Assembly (NCBI RefSeq): GCF_001194135.2
Contig: NC_068990.1
Coordinates: forward strand, 86,558,618 to 86,599,348
Length of the DNA: 40,731 nt
Source of the DNA: Octopus bimaculoides
Taxonomy: Eukaryota
Direction: 5' to 3'
Below are positions 10,950-23,040 of the stretch, piece by piece; within the stretch, counting starts at the first letter, position 1; each line of letters begins with the position of its first letter. Below the pieces are notes generated by a model. That model was not told the DNA's origin. It made no database searches and saw only the letters and a program-made list of their open reading frames with translations. The translations under genes were made by a program, and so were the position numbers.

Positions 10950-10984
<35 letters not shown>
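10738..10984 (+). mobile_element. Diverged family A SINE with (ATT)n tail
   Basis: CTGGCAGA head, GAGTTCAAAT B box, GATCGATAAAATAAGTACCAG body, GCTTTGTGCC..AGAAAGG end, then (ATT)n. Confidence 0.75.
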
Positions 10985-10986
<2 letters not shown>

Positions 10987-11141
10987 GCTGTGAATTTAGA
11001 GACCCTTTGAGTAATAGAAATTGACAGGAACCACTTAGTCTAACATATGGATAAAGATTTCGAGTAAAATAGAAAACTCCAAAAGTATTGAAACGCTACC
11101 CTAAATGTGTATGTATGTATATCTATCTATCTATCTATCTA

Positions 11142-11184
<43 letters not shown>

Positions 11185-11321
11185 NNNNNNNNNNNNNNNN
11201 NNNNNNNNNNNNNNNNNNNNNNNNNNNNNNNNNNNNNNNNNNNNNNNNNNNNNNNNNNNNNNNNNNNNNNNNNNNNNNNNNNNNNNNNNNNNNNNNNNNN
11301 NNNNNNNNNNNNNNNNNNNNN

Positions 11322-11355
<34 letters not shown>

Positions 11356-11364
11356 GTATATATG

Positions 11365-11402
<38 letters not shown>

Positions 11403-11597
11403 GTTATATATATATGTATATAGATATATGTATATATGTACACACACATACAGACACACGCATATACATATTCACACAAACACACACACAAACACATACA
11501 CACTCATGTATGCGTACGGTGAGAGAAAGAGAATTTTTGTATGGAATGAAATAGGTTGAGAGAAAGGTTGACATGAAATACAACAGAAATTACTTAC

Positions 11598-11645
11598 CAG
11601 AATTGAGTGCTGTTATCGCGGTGTTGGGCTTTACCTTGGAATCTG
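11598..11645 (-). CDS. Candidate 48-nt internal exon of an unidentified minus-strand host gene
   Basis: Long pyrimidine tract ...TTTTTTTTCTTAAT...CTTACTTTTATTTCAG| and donor TTCTG|GTAAGTA. The phase 1-1 reading gives (x)DSKVKPNTAITALNS(G); the phase 2 reading RFQGKAQHRDNSTQF is also open. No partner exon confirmed. Confidence 0.45.
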
Positions 11646-11826
11646 CTGAAATAAAAGTAAGGCAGTAATATGATATTAAGAAAAAAAACAACAAGTTTTG
11701 TTTCTATAATGGAAAAGAAGAATAAACGAAGTGGCATCTGTTAGCTTTAGGCATAGATGTGAAGAGACATTTCTTCATGTAACAATGAAATCGGAATTGA
11801 TTGCTCCCCTTAAACGCAATGTAATA

Positions 11827-12075
11827 TAGGGGTGTTCAGAAAGACTCTCCGCAGTAAGTATCTTATAGCAAAATAAATATTTATACGATGGAATAACACT
11901 ACAAAAGTATATATTGGACTTTACAAGACTTTAAAAAACTATATTAGAGGTGTTGAAAGTGTTGTCCTTCATTTTCGATACACAAACTGACTCTTCTACA
12001 CATGTTTTGGAATACATTTTGGAGAGTCTGACCTTTCGAAAAAATTCACTGCGGAGAGACTTTTTGAACACTCAG
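11827..12075 (-). mobile_element. Non-autonomous Tc1-like element (MITE), 249 bp, TA TSD
   Basis: Imperfect ~28-bp TIRs TAGGGGTGTTCAGAAAGACTCTCCGCAGT and CTGAGTGTTCAAAAAGTCTCTCCGCAGT (reverse complement), with TA on both sides (11825-26, 12076-77). Internal QTLQNVFQNMCRRVSLCIENEGQHFQHL* (about 12030-11944) is a Tc1-type transposase C-terminus. Confidence 0.85.
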
Positions 12076-12314
12076 TACTTCATAACAGCCTGAGGAATCG
12101 GTTGCCCTAATGAATTAATGGCATACATTCGAAACTCTATCAAACAATACTTCATTCCAAATACACCATAATAACAGTTTCGAAGTTTTGCACAAGACCA
12201 AAATTTTCAGTGGTGGTGTTGGTGGTGGTATGTCGACGACATCGACCCTTCTGCTCAACTGGTCCTTTATTTTATCGTATTTTATTAAGGTTATTTCTAC
12301 AGAAATTCTATAGA

Positions 12315-12500
12315 AAGGCGGCGAGCTGGCAGAAACGTTAGCACGCCATGCGCAATGCTTAGCGGTATTTCGTCTGCCGTTACGTTCTGAGTTCAAATTC
12401 CACCGAGGTCGACTTTGCCTTTCATCCTTTCGGGGTCGATAAATTAAGTAGCAGTTACGTACTGGGGTCGATGTGATCGACTTAATCCCTTTGTCTGTCC
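12315..12500 (+). mobile_element. Young family A SINE (long-tail subfamily), 3'-truncated
   Basis: AAGGCGGCGAGCTGGCAGAAACGTTAGCACGCC...GAGTTCAAATTCC...TTAATCCCTTTGTCTGTCC, nearly identical to 35290-35430. Confidence 0.9.
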
Positions 12501-12513
12501 GTAGGTTTCTTTT

Positions 12514-12950
12514 GTAGGTTTCTGTGAACATCGACAACATACATTCGACGACCGAAGTATTTCAGAGAGTTCACTGACTCACCATTTAATCACAGATCAT
12601 CAGCAGCGAAATGCTCAGGGCAGGACATGTTATGCAGATAAGCCTCGAAGCACTCCATTCCCAACACAACTTTTCTACGGTGAAGTGGAATCTAGAAAGA
12701 CACAAAATGTAGCATTCAATACAACCTGAAACACTTCGGAATTAGTTTGAATGGTAGGAAAAGTTAATTGTAAATTGGAGTAACCAGAAGCATTCCATTA
12801 AATAATGATGCAACGTATTTGCCGACAGAATAAATTAAACCTACCGAACCGAAGCTGTAAATGTTTACATGAAGACTACAACAGGAAGTGCGATGCTTGT
12901 AGATATGTTTCATCGAAAGCAGGCTCTATTAATCACATGAAATCACATAT
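12514..12950 (+). mobile_element. RTE-clade LINE ORF2 C-terminal fragment (frameshifted)
   Basis: Pieces across frames: RAGHVMQI, PTQLFYGEVESRK, NLKHFGISLNG, and the terminal C2H2-like CDACRYVSSKAGSINHMKSH. Confidence 0.75.
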
Positions 12951-13409
12951 ATACCTTTCCGATATGATATTTCTGCAGCGTGCAATAAAGTGTCCAGTAA
13001 GACCGAATATGAATGTGCTAAAGCTTTTACATAAAAATGTCATTCTATGGACGAAACAGATTAATCTTGTGCAAATATTGTGTTTTGTTATTTTTGCTCT
13101 AGACCATGTAAATCATTGGCAGAATTCATGACAGCCTGTTGCTTGACTGAATGTAAGATATCCAGACGGTTATCATTTGTCGAGATGAAGCATTCATGAA
13201 AGATGTATGAATTCATTATATATATATGTGTATGTTTAAGTATCAATGTGTTTTTATGCAAATATTTGTATTGTTTTTAAGTGTGGATATGTATGAAAAA
13301 AGGAGGCAAATTAACGAGTTTTAGCGCATTGGATAAAATGCCATGATGCGTTTGAGTTCAAATCCTACCCATACCAATGATGGTCTTCAAACTTTCAGGG
13401 GGTGATAAC

Positions 13410-13660
13410 TAAACTGGACCTATCCAGGTGGTGGAATGGTGTACATGTTAGACCACCAGACAAGAGGTTTCAGGGTGTATGCATCGGTTCTTTGCATTCT
13501 GGTGGCAACATCTGCGACGATACTACTGCGAGACATGGTCTTCCCATTGGACAACATCGGGGCGAGGGTGGGGGCTGTTGGCATAGAGGATGGAGGCTTG
13601 TATACGTGAACAACTGTTGCATTTCAGACATTCTTTATCCAGGCAGTCAATCTGACACAC
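13410..13660 (-). mobile_element. Possible decayed LINE APE-endonuclease fragment
   Basis: TAWIKNV*NATVVHVYKPPS resembles the (I/V)xxVYKPP motif. Downstream IVAD..CH and LVWWSN only loosely fit GDFNCHH and LxxWA. Confidence 0.3.
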
Positions 13661-14896
13661 GGTACGAGAGATGTATCGATTTAAATAGCTTTGTGTGTAC
13701 GTGTGTATGTAGTGAGCATGTATATGTGTATGTATAAGTATATATGTATTTATATATGCATGTGTGTGTCTGTGTTGTACATTTTTTTTCTTGTAAGGAG
13801 CGATCAATAAAACGTGATATGGGCGCCAGGAGACTTTCGATCCGTTCTTGCACAGCAAAATCATCGAAGCAACGAATTCACATTAATATTTCTCTGACAG
13901 CTAGGCTTTCTAAAACATATTTATTTCAGTATTTCAGTATAACGGCATGTTGTGCATAAACTATAAAATGTACTGATGAATTGTCAAAAACAAAATTAGG
14001 CATTTTACACTTTACGTTGGAATAATAGCTTAATTTATATCTGCTTTATACGGTAGTTAAATATTCCATGCTAGTGGTTGACGAAGGAAACAGGGAAACC
14101 GGGATTTTATATCTGAGGAGCGGTTTACAATTCGTGAAACGGTCCGTTACGAGACGTCTCACTTCGTATTCTTACACACCAAAAGCATGGAAGGAAAATG
14201 TTTACAGTCGGTCTTCTATCGTTGTATGTGGTCACCCGAAGTATAAGCTCCATCGTTAACTCGAGTATGTGTATTGTTGTCTGTATTCAGACGTATGTAA
14301 GTATATTTGCTGAGTGTTTCCTCTATATGGCTTTGCTGTGTTTATGGGTGTATGTGTGTGTAGCGTTATCTGTATGCATATTTATTTGATTTGCGTTGCT
14401 TGTATGTATCTGTGTGCTTGCTTTATGTGTGCGTGCGTGTGTAAGAGAGTTAAAGGACGCTGCAAAACCAAACACGAAACCAGAGCCTGAAATCGAAAAC
14501 AAGACTTAATGAAATAAAGACAAATTAATGAAAGAAAAGAAACAGATTTGTAGTTTGTTGATATTTGAAACAGAAACTAAATTAGTGAAACGAAATTTGC
14601 AGAAAATGTGTGCTTTCAACAACAGTCTTCGTGCAGAGAAACTAATGACAATGGACAGCTATAAAATGGTGGTTGACAGAACATATGTTCTAGAAACACA
14701 GGAAAAATAACTGGCATGCAAAACTTTAAACCTACACATACACACAAACGTGTGCGCACACATACACGCATATACACACAAACACACACACATACACGTA
14801 TAAACACACAGAGAAACGTATGCGTGCGCTTTTGTGTTCGTGTATATATATAGGCACATGCTCATATACATGCACACTTATTTATATATAAGTAAA

Positions 14897-14927
<31 letters not shown>

Positions 14928-17185
14928 NNNNNNNNNNNNNNNNNNNNNNNNNNNNNNNNNNNNNNNNNNNNNNNNNNNNNNNNNNNNNNNNNNNNNNNNN
15001 NNNNNNNNNNNNNNNNNNNNNNNNNNNNNNNNNNNNNNNNNNNNNNNNNNNNNNNNNNNNNNNNNNNNNNNNNNNNNNNNNNNNNNNNNNNNNNNNNNNN
15101 NNNNNNNNNNNNNNNNNNNNNNNNNNNNNNNNNNNNNNNNNNNNNNNNNNNNNNNNNNNNNNNNNNNNNNNNNNNNNNNNNNNNNNNNNNNNNNNNNNNN
15201 NNNNNNNNNNNNNNNNNNNNNNNNNNNNNNNNNNNNNNNNNNNNNNNNNNNNNNNNNNNNNNNNNNNNNNNNNNNNNNNNNNNNNNNNNNNNNNNNNNNN
15301 NNNNNNNNNNNNNNNNNNNNNNNNNNNNNNNNNNNNNNNNNNNNNNNNNNNNNNNNNNNNNNNNNNNNNNNNNNNNNNNNNNNNNNNNNNNNNNNNNNNN
15401 NNNNNNNNNNNNNNNNNNNNNNNNNNNNNNNNNNNNNNNNNNNNNNNNNNNNNNNNNNNNNNNNNNNNNNNNNNNNNNNNNNNNNNNNNNNNNNNNNNNN
15501 NNNNNNNNNNNNNNNNNNNNNNNNGGGATATAGAATATGGAATATACAATATATAATATAAAAATGGATGGTACAATGAAATAAAGTATTGAATGCCTTA
15601 TTGAATATATGGAATATGTCTTATTGAATAGATGAAATATTGAGTGTTCAATATAAAGGATTAAATATATAAAGGCGAATACGTATTTTCTATACCTTGT
15701 GGTATTTCATCATGGCCGGTATGACAGACTTTAACATTATCTTGTAAACAATTCCGAAACCTCTAGTTTTTGTATTTCGGTTTTTATCAAACTCGGCCAT
15801 GAATTTTTCTTTCCCCCATTATCATAGGTGGAAATATAGGTCTTAAGTCGAAACCAAGAAAATATGGCATTCTCAGAAAGAAATACATAAGTAAATAACA
15901 AAAATGCTGGTATAAATTCTTCATTTATATAATTAATTGGGCGAAAGATGTTGTGAAACATTTCAGATTTTCCATTTTAGAAGCCTAGGGTCACAAATGG
16001 ACGCATGCGTACAGAGGTGCCTTTACTCACTAATAATAACAGTGCAATAAAATATACACCCACATAGACACCCCCCTCACAGATACAAATATACACACAC
16101 ATATATAAACACACCTACACACACACTCACACACATGCACACACGCACTCACACATTTATATGTGTACTTGTATGTACGTGTGTTATATATATCTGTGTG
16201 TGAGCGTGTGTGTGTGTGTATGTGTGTGGGTGTGAGTGCGTGTATGTGTCTGCATGTGTGTGTGTGTGCGTCTGTTTTTTTGCTTGTGTGCGTATGTGTG
16301 TGTGTGTATGCATGTATGTGTGTATGCATGTGTGCGCGTGCACGTGTGTGTATGTGTATTTGAACTCGATTATCAGGAAATGCTAGCACCTTTGACTCAA
16401 AGAAGAAAGCGTTCTTATTTTCTTAGCCATTCGCTTTTATCCTTTTATGAAGATCTTAAATTCCAACAACAAAGTGTGTACAAAGGATTACAATCATTGC
16501 ATTCTGTCTATCGCTCCATTGTTACGTTAGTTTGCTCTTCTTTCTGTCTATCCTTATCTATCTTCTTTATCTTTCGTATCTCTTTATTTCAAACTAAAAC
16601 CCTGTATGCGCGTCTCTTCTTTTCTCTTTTTCATCTGCTGAAGTTCCTTTTCGCTACTTCCGCACGCACATACGTCCATATATTCCAACATGAAATTACG
16701 TCCGAGCCAGAGGTGGAATCAAAATACAAATTGCCTGATTCGAGTTGGTCGATCTGTAATACGAAAATAAATGAGAATTAGCTTTTAAGAATACAAGATT
16801 CAATTTCGTGAGATTATATGGTAGAAATAACATTGTTCAAAGTTTTGGCAAGCATTCTTGTCAATCTGAAGGGAATTGAGCAGCCAGATTAAATTCCAGA
16901 ACGACTGTGCAACACATAACTACTGAAAATGACACTGTTGGATGTAACACGTATGAACAGAGAGAACAGTCTGTCCAAATCAGAGCGTTTCAAAGAAGAT
17001 CGGTGCTGGACTACACGTTTCAAGATGGCTTGCATTCGTATAATATACATAGCATACATGCAGACACACGCACACGCATACACACTGACATGTATATGTA
17101 TATGTATATATATATGTGTGTATATATCTATGTGTATATATATATACGCGCAGATACAATCTATATACACACATACACATACATG

Positions 17186-17256
<71 letters not shown>

Positions 17257-17402
17257 GTATGCATGTAATATACGTATGTATATACTTACATATATACACA
17301 TATATATGTAAACACCCCCCCCCAAAAAAAAACATACACACAAACATACATACGGAGACCGAAACACTCAAATACACCTAGAAACAAACAGAAATGTGTT
17401 CA

Positions 17403-17443
<41 letters not shown>

Positions 17444-18125
17444 GTGTGTGTGCGTGTGCGTGTGCGTGTGTGTGTTTGTGCGTGCGTGCAGTTGTGCGTG
17501 TTTGTTCAGATTAATGTCACTAGAAAGCTTCGCGGATTTAAGATCGGAGCAGAAAAGTAAATAATTGGCTGGAAACGGATAAAATCTGTGTAATTGTAGG
17601 TGTCCGTATATATTTTATAGCCACCTCAATGCACGTGCAAGAATGTATATACACATATAGACATATTCACCCGCCTACATAACACACACGCTCATACATT
17701 CACACGCACACACACATATGCGTAAACAAACATACACACACACACAATCTCTTTCTTTCTCATACAATAACACAAAACATTCACACGCTCACATACACAC
17801 ATATATGCATAGACACACACACACACACACACACACACTCTCTCTCTCTCTCTTTCATTCTTTCATACACACACACATTCACACACTCATACACACACAC
17901 ATACATACATGAACACACATACGTACACACGCACACAAGGCGTATTTTACACGGGTGGAAATTAAAATTACTAAAAAAAAACAATAGAAGTGTCCCATTG
18001 TTTAAGTGGAATAACAATATCAGTTCCGGCTAAGTCCACCTAAGATCATAATCAGAGTTTTCCTAACCAGGTATTCATATATACGAGCGAGAGAATCTTA
18101 GTGATCTAAGCCTGACCAAAGCATT

Positions 18126-18186
18126 TTCTCTTCTACTCTAGGCCCAAGGCCCGAAATTTTGGAGGAGAGGGCCAACTCGCCGCCTT
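18126..18186 (-). mobile_element. Internally collapsed family A SINE (head fused to tail)
   Basis: Minus strand AAGGCGGCGAGTTGGC|CCTCTCCTCCAAAATTTCGGGCCTTGGGCCTAGAGTAGAA. Confidence 0.85.
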
Positions 18187-18227
18187 TGATCAACGTATTT
18201 TCATAAGTTTGTTTTAAACGTCCAAAC

Positions 18228-18350
18228 CAGTGGTTCCCAAAGTGGGCGGTATTGCCCCTTGGGGACGATGGAAAGTTTCAAAGGGCGTTGAAGAAAAGTG
18301 GGGCGATAATGGAGTAGCGATTCATGTAAAAACAACAAAATAATGGGTTC
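18228..18350 (+). mobile_element. Solo end of a hAT (Charlie-like) non-autonomous element
   Basis: CAGTGGTTCCCAAAGTGGG preceded by GTCCAAAC. No matching opposite TIR found; right boundary is approximate. Confidence 0.45.
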
Positions 18351-18624
18351 CACGACTATCCTCTTATCTCCAGACGATAAGCCCGTCCCTTTATCAAATA
18401 ACATGTCAGTTTTGTAGAATACTTGAATCTCGAAATTGTCTGTCCTTTTCAAGTGGAACTGGTCATATTATCATTTGGTAATCATGAAATATTCTAGAGG
18501 CGGAGATAATTTTAATAAATAATTTTTGTTGCATGGTATTCGACAAACCGGTATTTGTCTATGTTATTCAAATAGATGGCAATTCGAATTATTTCTCTTA
18601 GCTAATTTCAAACTTAAACTATGG

Positions 18625-18674
<50 letters not shown>

Positions 18675-19049
18675 ATAGAGACACACGTAGACAAAGAGAT
18701 TCAAATGAGATGTTACAATATTTTTACGATATAGTATAAACCTAACACCCACACACAATAGTAAATGAGACAAGTACTTCTCATTTTCTTTAATAGCTCA
18801 TAAACTTCTTCGATCTGTAAAATTTACCTGGCTTCAGTTGCACAATAAAGCAATTATCCCTATTCAAACACATGTAAAATGACGTAATTAAATAATTCTT
18901 GAATCGTTTCTTCGGTTCTGTTTTCTTTTTCTTTCTCTTTTACTTTCTCCATCTGCGTCAGTTCCAGGCTGTTACACCTAAAGTACAGACCTGTAGTGAG
19001 CGCTCATGGGATTTTCATTTGTACGCAAGATTATCGAACGCATTAATTA

Positions 19050-19530
19050 GAAACCATAAATCCATGTCTCATCACCAGAGATGGTCTTCATGTAGTCTGG
19101 ACGTGGTTTGCACAATCCAACATCTCCAGAGCGATTTCCATGCGGTGTCGCTTTTACTGATCCGCCAGTGATTTGGGGACGAATTTCGCCGACACTCTCC
19201 GGATCCATGAATCCTTCGTTAAATGGATTGCATTAATCGTCTGCTTATTCCCCTTTGATGAGCAATTTGCTGAATTGTTACACAGTGGTCTTCCATGACT
19301 ATTCAACGAAACCTCTCAATCGTCTCTTTCTCTCGGCTTGTGAATGTCCTGCCTGAGCGTGCCTTGCTCCTCACTGAGGTGCGGCCATGTTTAAAGCAGC
19401 TATGCCACTACTTGATCTGCGTTTTGTCCTTGGCATCTTTGCCAAAGGCCTGCTGAATAATCTGGAAGATTTGAGTATCACCAAGCTTTTGGTAAAACCT
19501 GATGCAATATCTCAGTTCGCTGCGTACCAA
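19050..19530 (-). pseudogene. Mariner transposase fragment (N-terminus to first catalytic Asp), with stops and frameshifts
   Basis: RYCIRFYQKLG..QIIQQAFG..WHSCFKHGRTSV..RSGR..TIQQIA, then RRVSAKFVPKSL (WVPHEL-like linker) and PDYMKTISGDETWIYG. Confidence 0.9.
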
Positions 19531-19757
19531 TGCCTATATATATCTATAAATATATGTATGTACGTATGTATGTATGTACGTATGTATGTATGTACGTATG
19601 TATGTATGTATGTATATACAGAGAGAAAGAAAGAGGGAGTCATATAAACACACATAGATACATAAATATTAACATATATATCAGTAATATATATTCTTCT
19701 AACACATTTACAAATGTCAGATGTGTCGAAGTTTAAATACATACATATGTATGTTTG

Positions 19758-19798
<41 letters not shown>

Positions 19799-19921
19799 TA
19801 GATATATACATATATACGAAGTTTAAATATATACATATGTATATGTGTGAATGCACAGATATGTGTATACATATACATATATGTGTATATATGTGTACAT
19901 TTGTATGTTTGTATGTATGTA

Positions 19922-19993
<72 letters not shown>

Positions 19994-21157
19994 GGTATGT
20001 ATATATTTATGGTGTAACATCAAACATGCAAATTTATTCAGGAAGAATCCTTAGAGATATTAATCTGTTTCCCAACCAAAAGCTGATTTTGAAAGGAGAA
20101 TGAATTTGCTGTGCAAAGAACGATGAAAATTCTATTAGAGACAACTAATTCGCGCAAAGGTTATTTGGAAACCATTTCACTCTTAAACATAAATTTAAAT
20201 CGGAATCAAGTGATTTAGTTATATATTATGGTCCAAAGTTCTTAACATTAATGAAGTTGTGTGAAGTAGATTGTCATAAATCACCAGTGATAACCGACAC
20301 CAAACAAATATTAATGATTGCACTTATAATCGAAATATATGTCCATTTCTATTCACATCTATACAGCATTGTATACATCAAATACATACATACACACATA
20401 CATACACACACATATATATATGTATATATATATGTGTGTATATATCTATGTACACATACACTCACACACACGGTTTAAACTACATTGGTAGTAGGGTCAT
20501 CGTTCAGGAATTCAAGGTTGTATAGAGAGTGTACCACACCTTAGCCACAATTGTAAGCAGTTTTACTCTGATCCGGACGAATACCATCTATTACGAACCC
20601 CAGCTACATAGTATGTCAAGGACGATCTTCCCGAAGAAGGTCGCTCAAGGACACCCGCAATGGACCTGGGGCAGATGAGACCCTTCAGATTTTTAGCAGT
20701 TCAACTACAAGAAGGTAACCCCATACTAAACTTACATTCTGATATCTAATCAGCTTGTGGCATTTGTTGACCACACCAATGTAAGTTCGAAGGGCGAAAG
20801 TGTGGGACTGGCTCTGTGTAAACCAGACCCATTATAATAATAAACCCTTGTGGTCTTGAGAAGTAATTTATTGAACATTTAAGAAAGTTAAGGGAGTAGG
20901 CCCCTACAGAACATGCGGAAAACAGGACACTTACGCAGGTATATATGCTTACTGCTACCGTATTTATTTGGTATTTCCTTTGCATTGAATCTGTCAGTAG
21001 AAAGGCGATTAGTCTATTTGGGGCTAGGCACTTCCTTCTAGAAACATCTCAGGTACAGCAGAGGTGGTTAAGTTAGTGCTTCTGCCATACCGTCCCCTAA
21101 CGACTAAAATGGCAAACTATACATACATACATATATGCATACGCACACACGTATTTA

Positions 21158-21234
<77 letters not shown>

Positions 21235-21235
21235 T

Positions 21236-21290
21236 ATTTATTTATTTATGGGTTTCAGCCAAGTGGCTGTGGTCATACTGGAGCACCACC
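21236..21290 (-). mobile_element. Short 3'-terminal SINE/LINE fragment (family C tail) with (TAAA)n tail
   Basis: GTTTCAGCCAAGTGGCTGTGGTCATACTGGAGCACCACC, homologous to 1888-1934. Confidence 0.55.
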
Positions 21291-21291
21291 G

Positions 21292-21322
<31 letters not shown>

Positions 21323-22350
21323 TCATTTCGGTAGTGATAACCATTTCATATACATATATTCATTTCACCAATGATAACCATTTCAGTATGAAGAGATCGT
21401 CTTTTTAAAACGATGGAAACCGGTAGCTTCTTCATTAAAGATATATATAATGTCTTACTTTCAGCTATTTTCTTCTCTTCATTTTTTTTTCAATATAAAT
21501 GTACTCGTGTGAAACCCCTTGATCTGTTATGTATGTACACATGTATGTATGCATGAATTCATGCATGTATGTATGCATCCATGCTTGAATGTATGTATGT
21601 GTAGATGTATGTATCTAAGTGTGTTTGTGTCTTTGTGTGTATATATATATATATTCACACACATACACACTCATACACACATCTCACTCAAAACACAATT
21701 GTGCATGTATGCATGTATGTGTGTATTTAACTTCAGAAAGATTATTTCGAATAATCCTCCAAGATTTCATTTCCATGCAGTGAGATCAAAGATCAGCAAT
21801 TTGGTAATGGTCAGTGTCTGTTCCGTTTATTGAATAGTGGAGCAATTTGCCAATCCACACATTATTGGAAGTGCGTGACCTTATGGTGTCCTACTGTAAA
21901 GCCATTTGTGTGATTAGCACTGAGCCAATCACCCTCTCCCACACCGTCGGCGGACCTAAACCGATATGATTAAAATTACATTACAATCATAAGAATTTAT
22001 TGAGTAAATGACAGATAAGTAGATATAAAGATTTCAAGTTCAATTTTCAATAATTAAATCTAATTTTACTCTTCATTTTCCTTTATTAATGTAGTCTATT
22101 GAATGTGCAAGCAGACAATGGGGCGTTGGACAAATACTTTGTGATATAATTTGTGCGTTATACGTTCATATCATGTTATGGTTGTGTTTTTTTCCTCTCA
22201 TCTTCTAGGTGGCGTAATACCAGTAATGTATTGAGATTCGGTTCGAATAATTTTATCCGTAACTTACATATTTATAAGATTGTGACAAAGAAATATACTA
22301 TAGTCGGCATTTCGTTGTTTTTGTTATTCTTATATGTATTAAAGCATTAT

Positions 22351-22565
22351 GATGGCAGAATCGTTAGCGCGTCAGACAAACTGCTTAGAGGCATTTCTTC
22401 CGGCTCTTTACGTTCTGAGTAGTTCAAATTTCGTCGAAGTCGACTTTGCCTTTCGTCCTTACGCGATCGATAAAATTGCACCTGTTAAACTCTGGAGTTA
22501 GTGTAGCCAGTTAATACCCTCCCCTTTAAAATTGCTGGCCTTTTGCCAACATTCAAAACCATTAT
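22351..22565 (+). mobile_element. Diverged family A SINE
   Basis: TGGCAGAATCGTTAGCGCG, TTTACGTTCTGAG, GTTCAAATT, GTCGACTTTGCCTTTC, GATCGATAAAAT. Confidence 0.8.
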
Positions 22566-22577
22566 TATTAATAGTGA

Positions 22578-22725
22578 AATGCGGTGAACTGGAAGAATCG
22601 TCAAAGTGTCGGAAAACAGATCGATGTGTCTTTCAAAGCTTTACCTTCTTGGTTCAATTCTCGCCAAGGTCAATTTTGTTTTTATTTCTTTAAGGGTCGA
22701 TAACATAAATCAGCAGTCTAGTCCT
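22578..22725 (+). mobile_element. Older family A SINE in tandem behind the previous copy
   Basis: GCGGTGAACTGGAAGAATCG, GGTTCAATTCTCGCCAAGGTCAA, GGGTCGATAA. Confidence 0.6.
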
Positions 22726-23040
22726 GAGGGCATCGACGAAACTGCTCCTGGTTCAATGATACAAACTTTTTTCTTGAAAAGGAAGGAACCTAAATGAAAG
22801 CTTTCCATCAAAATTTCTTGTCAGTTTATATTCTAAGTACTTTGATAACGACAAAGTTATTTTTCTAAATTCTTCATTATTTTCAAAATTAATTAAAACA
22901 AAAGAAGCGTATTTCATCAGAAATGTAATAACAAAAAAGTCAAGCTGATCTCCTCAAACAAAATCATTATAATATCTCAGTTTTGAGGGCCACAAGGATA
23001 ATTATTAATATTTTGCCAATAAATTTATGCAGTATTGGGT

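Noticed and set aside
13320-13400. Very degraded family A-like B box (GAGTTCAAATCC)
   Set aside because: Too little flanking similarity to call confidently.
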